DNA of 64,000 nucleotides from Sphingobacteriaceae bacterium (GTDB taxonomy: Bacteria > Bacteroidota > Bacteroidia > UBA7662). The translations under genes were made by a program, and so were the position numbers. A model generated the notes under the pieces. That model worked only from the letters and a program-made list of their open reading frames with translations, made no database searches and was not told where the DNA came from. Location: NCBI GenBank assembly GCA_030682795.1, contig JAUXNJ010000019.1:94627-158626 (forward strand), given 5' to 3'. Of the stretch, positions 50,422 to 58,412 are shown piece by piece (the first letter of the stretch is position 1; the number at the start of each line of letters is the position of its first letter).

Positions 50422-50914
50422 GGAGGTTTCAACTTGCTTGAACAAAAATTAAGTAATTAAAATTAGTTGATTTATTCGGGCATTTGATATGTAAAAACAT
50501 GATTTGTTACGTTTTTATTAAGACGGGCATGTGATCGCATAAGCTGCTTATTAATTGCATTAAAAATTCTATATTTTGAGCTCGGCTGTCATTAACAATG
50601 GTTTCTGTTTTCGTGTGAGCCGCAGTTCAGTATTGCCTTTTGCGTTGGCCAATTCTTCTTTAAACTCCGTGAGATAGGTTAGAGTTGGATTAAGTGTAAT
50701 TCGCTCATACTATTCTCTAATCTGCGGTATGGAGCTTAGCAACTATTCACTTCATTCGCTTATTGGTGAAAGGCACGAGAATCAGCACATAATGCCTCTC
50801 TCTTGGCATTGTACGATTCTAGAAAAGCCTCTATTACTGCCTTTCAGGCTTTGAAAACTGGCTTTAAATCTAGCATTTGATACATTTTCACTTTTTACTG
50901 TTGAAAACTTGTCT

Positions 50915-50931
50915 TGGACATTTTTTGTCCA
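50915..50931. promoter_or_regulatory. Candidate controller-protein operator
   Basis: TGGACA-TTTTT-TGTCCA perfect inverted repeat 48 nt upstream of the HTH gene. Confidence 0.55.
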
Positions 50932-50979
50932 TAAACAACAAATCCTTAGTTTTGAAACTAATAGTCCGTTTTAGTTACG

Positions 50980-51297
50980 ATGAAAAATATCAAAAGTTTT
51001 GGCGAGCATTTGAGGTCATTAAGAGAAAATGCGGGGTTAACTCTCAAAACAGTTGCAGAACAAATAGGCGTAGACACGTCTCTACTTGCAAAAATTGAAC
51101 GAAATGAAAGACAACCTTCAAAAAGCCTCATCAAAGACGCAGCATTATTTTTCAAAGTCGATGAAAAAGAATTGACAAAACTGTATTTAAGTGACGTTAT
51201 AGCCTATAAAATTTTAGATGAAGAGGGCGACATAAGTATTCTAGAAGTAGCTGAGACGAAAGTGAAATATCTAACTGCCGTTAAAAATGAAAAATGA
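50980..51297 (+). CDS. XRE-family HTH regulator (RM controller-like)
   Basis: FGEHLRSLRENAGLTLKTVAEQIGVDTSLLAKIERNERQPS; overlaps the MTase start. Confidence 0.85.
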   Translation: MKNIKSFGEHLRSLRENAGLTLKTVAEQIGVDTSLLAKIERNERQPSKSLIKDAALFFKVDEKELTKLYLSDVIAYKILDEEGDISILEVAETKVKYLTAVKNEK

Positions 51298-52600
51298 AAT
51301 CACAGTCATCGAATTATTCGCAGGGGTTGGCGGGTTTCGACTTGGTCTAGAAGGTTGGCAAGGAAAATCCGCTTCTTCCTTTTATCAAAAAGCATTGGAA
51401 TCCTCATACAAAGTGATTTGGAGCAATCAATGGGAACCTTCTACAAAAGCTCAACACGCATCATTGGTTTATGAAAGTAAATTTGGCAAGCAGGATCATT
51501 CTAATGAAGACATAGCTCAGGTGGATGTATCTAGCATACCAGATCATGATTTACTTGTTGGAGGTTTTCCTTGTCAAGACTATTCTGTTGCAACTACTTT
51601 AAAAAACTCAAAAGGTTTAATAGGTAAAAAAGGTGTTCTTTGGTGGAGTATTCATAAAATATTGAGCGATAAAAAGAATAAACCAAAGTACTTATTTCTT
51701 GAAAATGTTGACCGTCTCCTAATCTCTCCATCAGGCCAGCGCGGAAGGGACTTTGCAATAATTCTCAAGAGTTTAAACGACCTTGGCTATGCTGTCGAGT
51801 GGAGAGTAATTAATGCTGCAGATTACGGGATGCCTCAAAGAAGACGAAGGGTTTTTATTTTGGCCTATCTCAATTCCACCGACATTTACCAACAGTTACA
51901 GGAAACCTCGCCTGTAGATTGGATTTTGGAAGAAGGAACCCTCGCCGATGCTTTACCCGTGACATCAAAGATGATGTTATTTCCAACAGAATTTAAATTG
52001 GTTGGAGATGTTGTACATATATCTGATCATTTTAATAAAGATAAAAATGTGGGGGTTTTTGAAAACACTGGAGTTATGCTTAACGGAGTAGTGACTACCA
52101 TCAAAACAGTACCAAGCTATGGTGGTGAACAGACTTTGTTAGGTGATATTCTTCAAAATGGCGAAGTATCCTCCGAATTTTACATTGATAAAGAGGACTT
52201 AGACAAGTGGCATTACCTTAAAGGACCTAAAAAGGAACTTCGCAAAAACGCTGATGGCTTTGAATATCATTATAATGAAGGAGGGATGATTTTTCCTGAT
52301 TCGCTTGACAAACCGTCCAGAACCATAATAACAGGTGAAGGAGGTAAATCCCCTTCAAGATTCAAGCACGTCATACATACTTCAAAAGGATATAGGCGCT
52401 TGTCTCCAGTGGAATTAGAAAGATTGAACATGTTTCCTGATAATCATACCAAACTAGAAGGTGTAAGCGATGCAAAAAGAGCCTTTTTCATGGGTAACGC
52501 ATTAGTAGTTGGGGTAATTGAGAAAATTGGCATTTCTTTATGTCAAAAAATTTCCCAAAATGTTAGCTTACAATCCGGAAAACAAGAGGTCTGTAGTTGA
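51287..52600 (+). CDS. dcm: C5-cytosine DNA methyltransferase, M.Sau3AI-like
   Basis: ELFAGVGGF, NQWEPS, GGFPCQDYSVA, ENV, QRRRRVF and MGNALVV motifs. Confidence 0.93.
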   Translation: MKNEITVIELFAGVGGFRLGLEGWQGKSASSFYQKALESSYKVIWSNQWEPSTKAQHASLVYESKFGKQDHSNEDIAQVDVSSIPDHDLLVGGFPCQDYSVATTLKNSKGLIGKKGVLWWSIHKILSDKKNKPKYLFLENVDRLLISPSGQRGRDFAIILKSLNDLGYAVEWRVINAADYGMPQRRRRVFILAYLNSTDIYQQLQETSPVDWILEEGTLADALPVTSKMMLFPTEFKLVGDVVHISDHFNKDKNVGVFENTGVMLNGVVTTIKTVPSYGGEQTLLGDILQNGEVSSEFYIDKEDLDKWHYLKGPKKELRKNADGFEYHYNEGGMIFPDSLDKPSRTIITGEGGKSPSRFKHVIHTSKGYRRLSPVELERLNMFPDNHTKLEGVSDAKRAFFMGNALVVGVIEKIGISLCQKISQNVSLQSGKQEVCS

Positions 52601-53978
52601 TTACGCCAAACGCTTAATAAATAAGACACTACGGGAGGCCTGCGAATCAAATATACTAGAACACAATTTCAAGGGTAAAGGAAATTTTGGTCAAGTACTT
52701 GAGAAATTCTATTTCGGATATGAGCCAAATTCGAATTCTGAGCCAGATTTCAGACATATCGGATTAGAACTCAAATCTACTCCGCTAAAAACGCTGAAAA
52801 CTGGAGAAATAAGGTCGAAGGAACGTTTGGTCCTGAACATTATTAATTACAACTCTATAGTTAACCAAAACTTTGATGGTAGTGATTTTTGGAAAAAGAA
52901 CGCCCAGCTTCTTATAATTTTCTTTTTGCACGAACCTAATATCAAGATTCTAGACTATACGATAAAACTTGTTGATGAGTGGGGATTTTCAGAGACGGAT
53001 TTAAAGGTCATAAAAAAAGACTGGCAAATTATCAGGCAGAAAATACAAGAAGGTAAGGCTCATGAACTATCTGAAGGAGATACTTTGTACCTAGCTGCAT
53101 GCACGAAAGGTGCAAATGCCCAATCGCTACGACAACAACCTCATTCACCAATCCCCGCCAAACAACGCGCCTTCTCTTTGAAACAAGGTTATGTGAACCA
53201 CATTATTGCTACACTCGCAGGAGAGTCCTCCATAAGATATGGCAAGTTAATTCCATCCTTAAACGAATTTACCGAGGAATCCCTTGAAGAAATAATCCTA
53301 AAAAAATTCAAACCATACTATACCAAGAACGTGGAAGAAATTTCTACACTTACTGGAATCAAGCTAAATATGAGTGCGAAAAACTTCTATTCAAAGCTTA
53401 CGCATGCAATCTTAAATATAGACCTTAAAAAAGAAATTGAAGAGCTTGCAAAAGCAAATATTGAAGTCAAAACTATTCGAGTGGAAAAAAACGGCCAGAT
53501 AGAACAATCTGTTTCTTTTCCTGCATTTGAGTTTATTACTCTTTATAATGAACACTGGATTACCAGCGAATTAAAAGAGAAAATTGAAAAGAAATTTCTT
53601 TTTATTTTCTTCAAACATGATGGTTCCTGCTACAGATTAGAAAAAATCAAATTCTGGAACATGCCGTTGACCGACAGAAATGAGGTGCGAAAAATTTGGC
53701 TCAAAACCAAATATGTAGTCCAGAATGGTGACGTTTTCAATGAATATGACAGAGACAGCTTTGGAAATATACGATTGTCGATAAAAGGGCACAAAATTAA
53801 AAAGAATAATTTTCCTAAGATCAGCGATAGTCGCATTTGTCATGTCCGACCACATGGTAGGGATTCTACTGAAACATATCCGCTTCCAGTTCAAGACAAA
53901 AAATTAAACGAAATGGAATATACTAAACAATGCTTTTGGCTCAACAATACATATGTACGTGATGAGATTTATCTGTGA
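52560..53978 (+). CDS. Sau3AI/MutH-family type II restriction endonuclease
   Basis: KGNFGQVLE..PDF..ELKSTP..KERLVL; HELSEGDTLYLAACTKG; second MutH-like half HVRPH..CFWLN; start ATG 52560. Confidence 0.9.
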   Translation: MLAYNPENKRSVVDYAKRLINKTLREACESNILEHNFKGKGNFGQVLEKFYFGYEPNSNSEPDFRHIGLELKSTPLKTLKTGEIRSKERLVLNIINYNSIVNQNFDGSDFWKKNAQLLIIFFLHEPNIKILDYTIKLVDEWGFSETDLKVIKKDWQIIRQKIQEGKAHELSEGDTLYLAACTKGANAQSLRQQPHSPIPAKQRAFSLKQGYVNHIIATLAGESSIRYGKLIPSLNEFTEESLEEIILKKFKPYYTKNVEEISTLTGIKLNMSAKNFYSKLTHAILNIDLKKEIEELAKANIEVKTIRVEKNGQIEQSVSFPAFEFITLYNEHWITSELKEKIEKKFLFIFFKHDGSCYRLEKIKFWNMPLTDRNEVRKIWLKTKYVVQNGDVFNEYDRDSFGNIRLSIKGHKIKKNNFPKISDSRICHVRPHGRDSTETYPLPVQDKKLNEMEYTKQCFWLNNTYVRDEIYL

Positions 53979-53980
53979 TA

Positions 53981-54007
53981 TGAGAATTCCGTTTCAAATT
54001 GACCCCC
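53981..54007 (+). mobile_element. Possible isolated IS21-family terminal repeat
   Basis: TGAGAATTCCGTTTCAAATTGACCCCC resembles IS21-type TG..ATTCCG..AAA.TGACC ends; no istA/istB in the window. Confidence 0.4.
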
Positions 54008-54071
54008 TTCGTGTTGGATTAGTTTTGGGGGAGTTTACAACAATAGCATCTTGACTGTCGATCTTAGCCTT

Positions 54072-54189
54072 GCTACTAGCGTTTTGCATCTACCCGAAGA
54101 TGGCGATTTCGTCGCACTTCACTGTCAACCAAGCACAAAGCTTGATTTAACCTCTGAACCGCCACTTTTGGGCAGGTGGTGTTGGTGGC
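54072..54189 (-). mobile_element. attC-like recombination hairpin after the DUF3800 gene
   Basis: Minus strand GCCACCAAC..CACCTGCCCAAAAGTGGCGGTT / AATCGCCATCTTCGGGTAGATG..GCTAGTAGC; arm mismatches are all transitions; starts 3 nt after the stop. Confidence 0.65.
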
Positions 54190-54192
54190 TGT

Positions 54193-55047
54193 TCATGTTA
54201 TATTATAATAAGATTTCCATCTAGTTCTTGAGCGTAAATTTACAGTCGATATGTAATCATTTAGTGGTCTAAGTCTGGGTTCTGGTCTTGGTATAATACC
54301 TGTTTTAAAAGTTAGACGCCCATCAATAATATTGTAGCAAGAAGCAAAAAAGTCTTTAGCTGGTTGTGGCCATGCAGCTCCATAACCATGTTCACATTCT
54401 AAAAACTTTCTAACACAAAATATAACTAAATCAGAAATTTGAATCATTGGGTTTTTAGTGGAATCTATAGGATAGCTAAACTCTACAACCCTTTTGACCC
54501 TATGTGTTGCAACTGTTAAAAATCGTCTATCATAAAGAATAGTTTCAATATCTGTATGATGATTTTCTTTTTTATCTAAAATCATTAATCCTCTAGCTGA
54601 ACTGCCAAGTTTTCTTTTAATATGGTCGTTGAATTGAGTTATTAAATAATCAAAGCCCAATAAATATGGGGATTTAGAATTGAATGCGGTAGCTACAGCG
54701 CAAGTATTAGCATGAATTAAAGGTTTCGAAAAAGCAATGATATGAACATTATGAGTATGATCTACAAGAATATTTAAAACATCAAATGCTAGTTGATTTC
54801 GTTTAACTCTCGCATGTCCAGCAAAATGCCCAGCGCCATTTGGAGATAAAAGTTCATGCGCGTGTAACTCAAAATTTAGCGGAACTGCTCCTGCAAAATA
54901 TCTGTCTATTATTGTTACAAACTTTTGTTGTGTTGGATTCCATTTTTCATCACTGACAGTTAATCCGCCCATTACAAAAATTGGCTGTTCAGTATTTAGT
55001 AAATCATCTCCAGTATCTCCAGTTTCATCAATATAAAGGAAGTGCAT
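54193..55047 (-). CDS. DUF3800-family protein (RNase H-like fold)
   Basis: FLYIDETG, FVMGG, ELHA and DS..NPMIQISDLV motifs; very AT-rich. Confidence 0.85.
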   Translation of the reverse strand: MHFLYIDETGDTGDDLLNTEQPIFVMGGLTVSDEKWNPTQQKFVTIIDRYFAGAVPLNFELHAHELLSPNGAGHFAGHARVKRNQLAFDVLNILVDHTHNVHIIAFSKPLIHANTCAVATAFNSKSPYLLGFDYLITQFNDHIKRKLGSSARGLMILDKKENHHTDIETILYDRRFLTVATHRVKRVVEFSYPIDSTKNPMIQISDLVIFCVRKFLECEHGYGAAWPQPAKDFFASCYNIIDGRLTFKTGIIPRPEPRLRPLNDYISTVNLRSRTRWKSYYNIT

Positions 55048-55275
55048 AGTTATATTTTATTCAGAGTTTCTCTTAAGTGGCTACTAACTGCATGCTTTAC
55101 GTAAGGAGAATAGCCAGTTAAAAGTAGCTTCATCGGTTATTTGCTTTTGCAATATAACTTATGAAAGCTGTTGTTGATGCGCATGGGCATAAAAACATTT
55201 CAGCAACCAGCAAATGGGCGGTGCGGACGTGGTTTTTGGCACGTTGGGTGTTTGAATGGGCTTGGCGGGGGCCGG

Positions 55276-55299
55276 CGCTTCGACGAGGCTCAGCGACCG
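55276..55299 (-). repeat. CTGAG..TCGAAG-type short palindrome (REP-like)
   Basis: GGTCGCTGAGCCTCGTCGAAGCG supplies the SRPBCC TGA stop; relatives at 38682-38725, 44497-44519 and 44743-44793. Confidence 0.65.
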
Positions 55300-55736
55300 G
55301 TATTTTCTTCCACCACCCGCTTGTAATTATCCATAATCGCCTGCCAGCCGGCGCGCTGCATGTCGATGGGATTTTCGGTTTCGGCATCGAAGGTTTGTGT
55401 AACGAGTACCTGCTCATCGGCGCCGGTTGCTGAGGGCATCGAAGCATCAAAGGTAATGCGCACGGTGCGGCCGTCGGCGAGGTGGTAGGCAATGAGGGCT
55501 TCGGGTTCCACAGCATCGTAAATGCCTTCAAAATCGAAGGCGAAGGAGCCGTCGCGGGCGGCCATGCGGTAGTTGAAGCTGCCGCCCACACGCAAATCGT
55601 TGGTGGCGGCAGGACAATGCCAGCTGGGGTCGGCAAAGTTCCACTGCATGATGTGCTCGGGCTGGGTCCAGTAGGCCCAGGCTTTAGCGAGGGGGGCTGC
55701 CATGGTTATTTGGAGGGTGACTTTTTCGAAGGACAT
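55290..55736 (-). CDS. SRPBCC/AHSA1-domain protein
   Basis: WTQPEHIMQWNFA..DLRVGG.F.YRMAARDGSFAFDFEG..QRAGWQAI. Confidence 0.88.
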   Translation of the reverse strand: MSFEKVTLQITMAAPLAKAWAYWTQPEHIMQWNFADPSWHCPAATNDLRVGGSFNYRMAARDGSFAFDFEGIYDAVEPEALIAYHLADGRTVRITFDASMPSATGADEQVLVTQTFDAETENPIDMQRAGWQAIMDNYKRVVEENTGR

Positions 55737-55841
55737 GGGCTTTCTTTTAAGCCAAATTACGGGTTTTTGGTGAACATTGTGCCCTTGTAGGCTTTGGCAC
55801 TGGCCCAGCTTGATAGTTCAGCGCCGCTGTTTGTGTTTAAA

Positions 55842-56210
55842 TTACAACAGCTTCGGAACAAAAACCAAGAGCCCAATGCTGGCGGCGGTGATGGCACTCA
55901 GTAGAACGCCAGCTGCGGCCAAATCTTTGATGGTTTTAATTTTGCTGTTGGTTTCGGTCGTCATAAAGTCGGCCAGGTTTTCGATGGCGGAATTAAAGAT
56001 TTCGGCCATAAACACCAGTCCAATCGCAAAAATAACGGCCATCCACTCAAAAGCATTCAGCTCAAAAAACAAAGAAGCAGCTATAACAAGCACCGTTGCG
56101 GCCAGGTGCACGCGTGCATTGTGCTCTTCTTTGAACAGAATTTTCAGTCCGTTAAAAGCGTAGCCGAAGCTTTGGAGGCGTTGGCTGATGGAAAAGGCTG
56201 CTTTTTTCAT
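55842..56210 (-). CDS. dgkA: Diacylglycerol/undecaprenol kinase (DgkA family)
   Basis: SFGYAFNGL..EHNARVH, EIFNSAIE and KDLAAAGVL motifs; start 56210. Confidence 0.85.
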   Translation of the reverse strand: MKKAAFSISQRLQSFGYAFNGLKILFKEEHNARVHLAATVLVIAASLFFELNAFEWMAVIFAIGLVFMAEIFNSAIENLADFMTTETNSKIKTIKDLAAAGVLLSAITAASIGLLVFVPKLL

Positions 56211-56378
56211 GTGGGAATTTAGAGGTTCTTTCGATTCGTCCGTCAAGAATAACCGCAAACATTCAACTTTTATGAAGCATTAAATCCGTTGATTTTTCTA
56301 AATGCTAGGCTGCCTATTCCGGAAGGCTCATGACAACCATCGTTTGATATGCCGTGCGCTCTAGCCCATTTGCTTCTA

Positions 56379-56936
56379 TCAAAGCTTCTTAATCAACTTA
56401 AGGGAACGCAAGTCGTATATATGAATCTCGCTTTTGTCTGTCCTATCGTATTTAAAATTGCCGTTTGAATCAAAATAGCCCGTCACCACCAAGGTGGCGG
56501 TAGATGAATTAACCGTCCACCTCTTTGTGAAAAAGCTGCTGTCCGTCAGTTGTGTTGTTTCTGTGCCATCAGTGGAAATTATAATGATTTGCTTTGGGTC
56601 ATTCCAGTCCACGCCCTTTTTACCATCTAAATCCACCGTATGCGCGCCTACAATCATGAGATTAATGCCGAAGCTGTCAATTTTCACTTGCTCAATTTCT
56701 TCGATGTAGCCGCCACGTGGGAAATCTATCCGTTTTGATTGTCCTGTGGATGTATTGATAAATAATAGATGCTTGCTTTGGGTATCGTACATTTTGCCCC
56801 AGTTCTCAATAGATGCTATGACATAATCGGTGCCTTTAATTTCTTTGAGTTTGTTGAAGAGCACATAATTGTTTTTGTCTTGCCCAAACGTAGCGGAAGC
56901 AAGGGTTGTGAACAAAATGACCAATAGCTGTTTCAT
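56379..56936 (-). CDS. Hypothetical secreted protein
   Basis: Signal peptide MKQLLVILFTTLASATFG; DLDGKKG and DSNGNFKYD Ca-loop-like motifs. Confidence 0.65.
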   Translation of the reverse strand: MKQLLVILFTTLASATFGQDKNNYVLFNKLKEIKGTDYVIASIENWGKMYDTQSKHLLFINTSTGQSKRIDFPRGGYIEEIEQVKIDSFGINLMIVGAHTVDLDGKKGVDWNDPKQIIIISTDGTETTQLTDSSFFTKRWTVNSSTATLVVTGYFDSNGNFKYDRTDKSEIHIYDLRSLKLIKKL

Positions 56937-57147
56937 AGATTCTTTGGTTTTTGTTGGATGTTTGATGCTTGAAATTACTTCAAGAGCCATTTAAGCTCCG
57001 CATTGTTAAACCCAACAGGTGCAGCAAAATTGTGCAGCAAAGTAAATTCTAACCAAAATGTGCTGCTATCTATAGCATTGATAGGCCCGTCACAAAAAAG
57101 GAACCGCAGCTCTTTTTTTATTGGGAGGGTTATGGTTTTGATCATAA

Positions 57148-57202
57148 AGACGCGATGAATCGCAGCTCTGCACGGTAGATGCGCGATGAATCGCGCGTCT
57201 AC
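57148..57202 (-). repeat. GTAG-type REP doublet
   Basis: GTAGACGCGCGATTCATCGCGCATCTAC plus degenerate GCAGAGCTGCGATTCATCGCGTCT; the GTAG includes the gmd stop. Confidence 0.7.
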
Positions 57203-58335
57203 TCGTGCTGCATCAAGGTCTCATACCCGCCGTCGGACAAAAACTGCTGCTTTTGCATGAGGCGGAGGTCACTGGCCATCATGTCGGCAACGAGCTCGGC
57301 CAGACTGTGGCGCGGCTCCCAGCCCAGCTTGGTGCGGGCTTTGGTGGCGTCGCCAATGAGCAGCTCTACTTCGGTGGGTCGGAAATAACGCGGGTCAACT
57401 GCTACGAGGGCATCGCCTACCTGCAGTTTGCAGCTGCGAATGCCCAAACTGGCCAAACGCGCCGTATCTATACTGCTCACCAGGCCGGTTTCAGCCAAAT
57501 CACTGCCTTCGAAACGAATACCGATGCCGAGCTCGGCGAAGGCCATCTTCACAAAATCGCGCACATAGGTGGTTACCCCGGTGGCAATCACAAAATCCTC
57601 GGGCTCGTTTTGCTGCAGCATGAGGTACATGGCCTCTACATAATCTTTGGCATGGCCCCAGTCGCGCTGGGCATTGAGGTTGCCCACGTATAACTTGTCT
57701 TGCATGCCGAGCACAATTTTGGCAGCGGCACGGGTGATTTTGCGGGTTACAAAGGTTTCGCCGCGCAAAGGCGACTCGTGGTTAAACAAAATGCCGTTGC
57801 AAGCATACATGCCGTAAGCCTCGCGGTAGTTCACGGTAATCCAGTAGCCATACATCTTGGCCACGCCATAAGGCGAACGCGGATAAAAAGGCGTGGTTTC
57901 ACGTTGCGGCACTTCTTGCACCAAGCCGTACAACTCCGAAGTCGAAGCCTGGTAAATGCGGGTTTTTTGGGTCAGGCCGCAAATGCGCACGGCCTCCAAA
58001 ATACGCAAGGGCCCCAGGGCATCGGCATTGGCGGTGTACTCGGGCGTTTCAAAGCTCACCTGCACATGACTCATGGCCGCGAGGTTGTAAATTTCGTCGG
58101 GCTGCACCTCCTGGATGATGCGAATTAAATTGGTGCTGTCGGTGAGGTCGCCATAATGCAACTTGAGCCGCACCCCTTTGTCGTGCGGGTCCTGGTACAA
58201 ATGGTCGATGCGATCGGTATTAAAAAGCGATGCGCGGCGCTTGATGCCGTGCACCATATAGCCTTTGTTCAACAAAAACTCGGCGAGGTAAGCCCCGTCT
58301 TGTCCGGTAATGCCGGTGATTAATGCGGTTTTCAT
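57199..58335 (-). CDS. gmd: GDP-mannose 4,6-dehydratase
   Basis: [47 protein letters not shown] and RDWGHAKDY motifs. Confidence 0.97.
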   Translation of the reverse strand: MKTALITGITGQDGAYLAEFLLNKGYMVHGIKRRASLFNTDRIDHLYQDPHDKGVRLKLHYGDLTDSTNLIRIIQEVQPDEIYNLAAMSHVQVSFETPEYTANADALGPLRILEAVRICGLTQKTRIYQASTSELYGLVQEVPQRETTPFYPRSPYGVAKMYGYWITVNYREAYGMYACNGILFNHESPLRGETFVTRKITRAAAKIVLGMQDKLYVGNLNAQRDWGHAKDYVEAMYLMLQQNEPEDFVIATGVTTYVRDFVKMAFAELGIGIRFEGSDLAETGLVSSIDTARLASLGIRSCKLQVGDALVAVDPRYFRPTEVELLIGDATKARTKLGWEPRHSLAELVADMMASDLRLMQKQQFLSDGGYETLMQHE

Positions 58336-58412
58336 GGTCGATGTAGCAGAAAAACGGCTTCCGCCCGGGGGCCTGGCCGGTAGCAGCGGTGAAGCTGCCG
58401 GGTGAATTCGCT

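Noticed and set aside
50446..50900. Gene remnant or ncRNA in the HNH-RM spacer
   Set aside because: No recognisable translation or stable repeat found by eye.
55089..55200. attI or upstream attC for the DUF3800 cassette
   Set aside because: Only the GTTAGTAGC core is evident; there is no convincing palindrome and no integrase.
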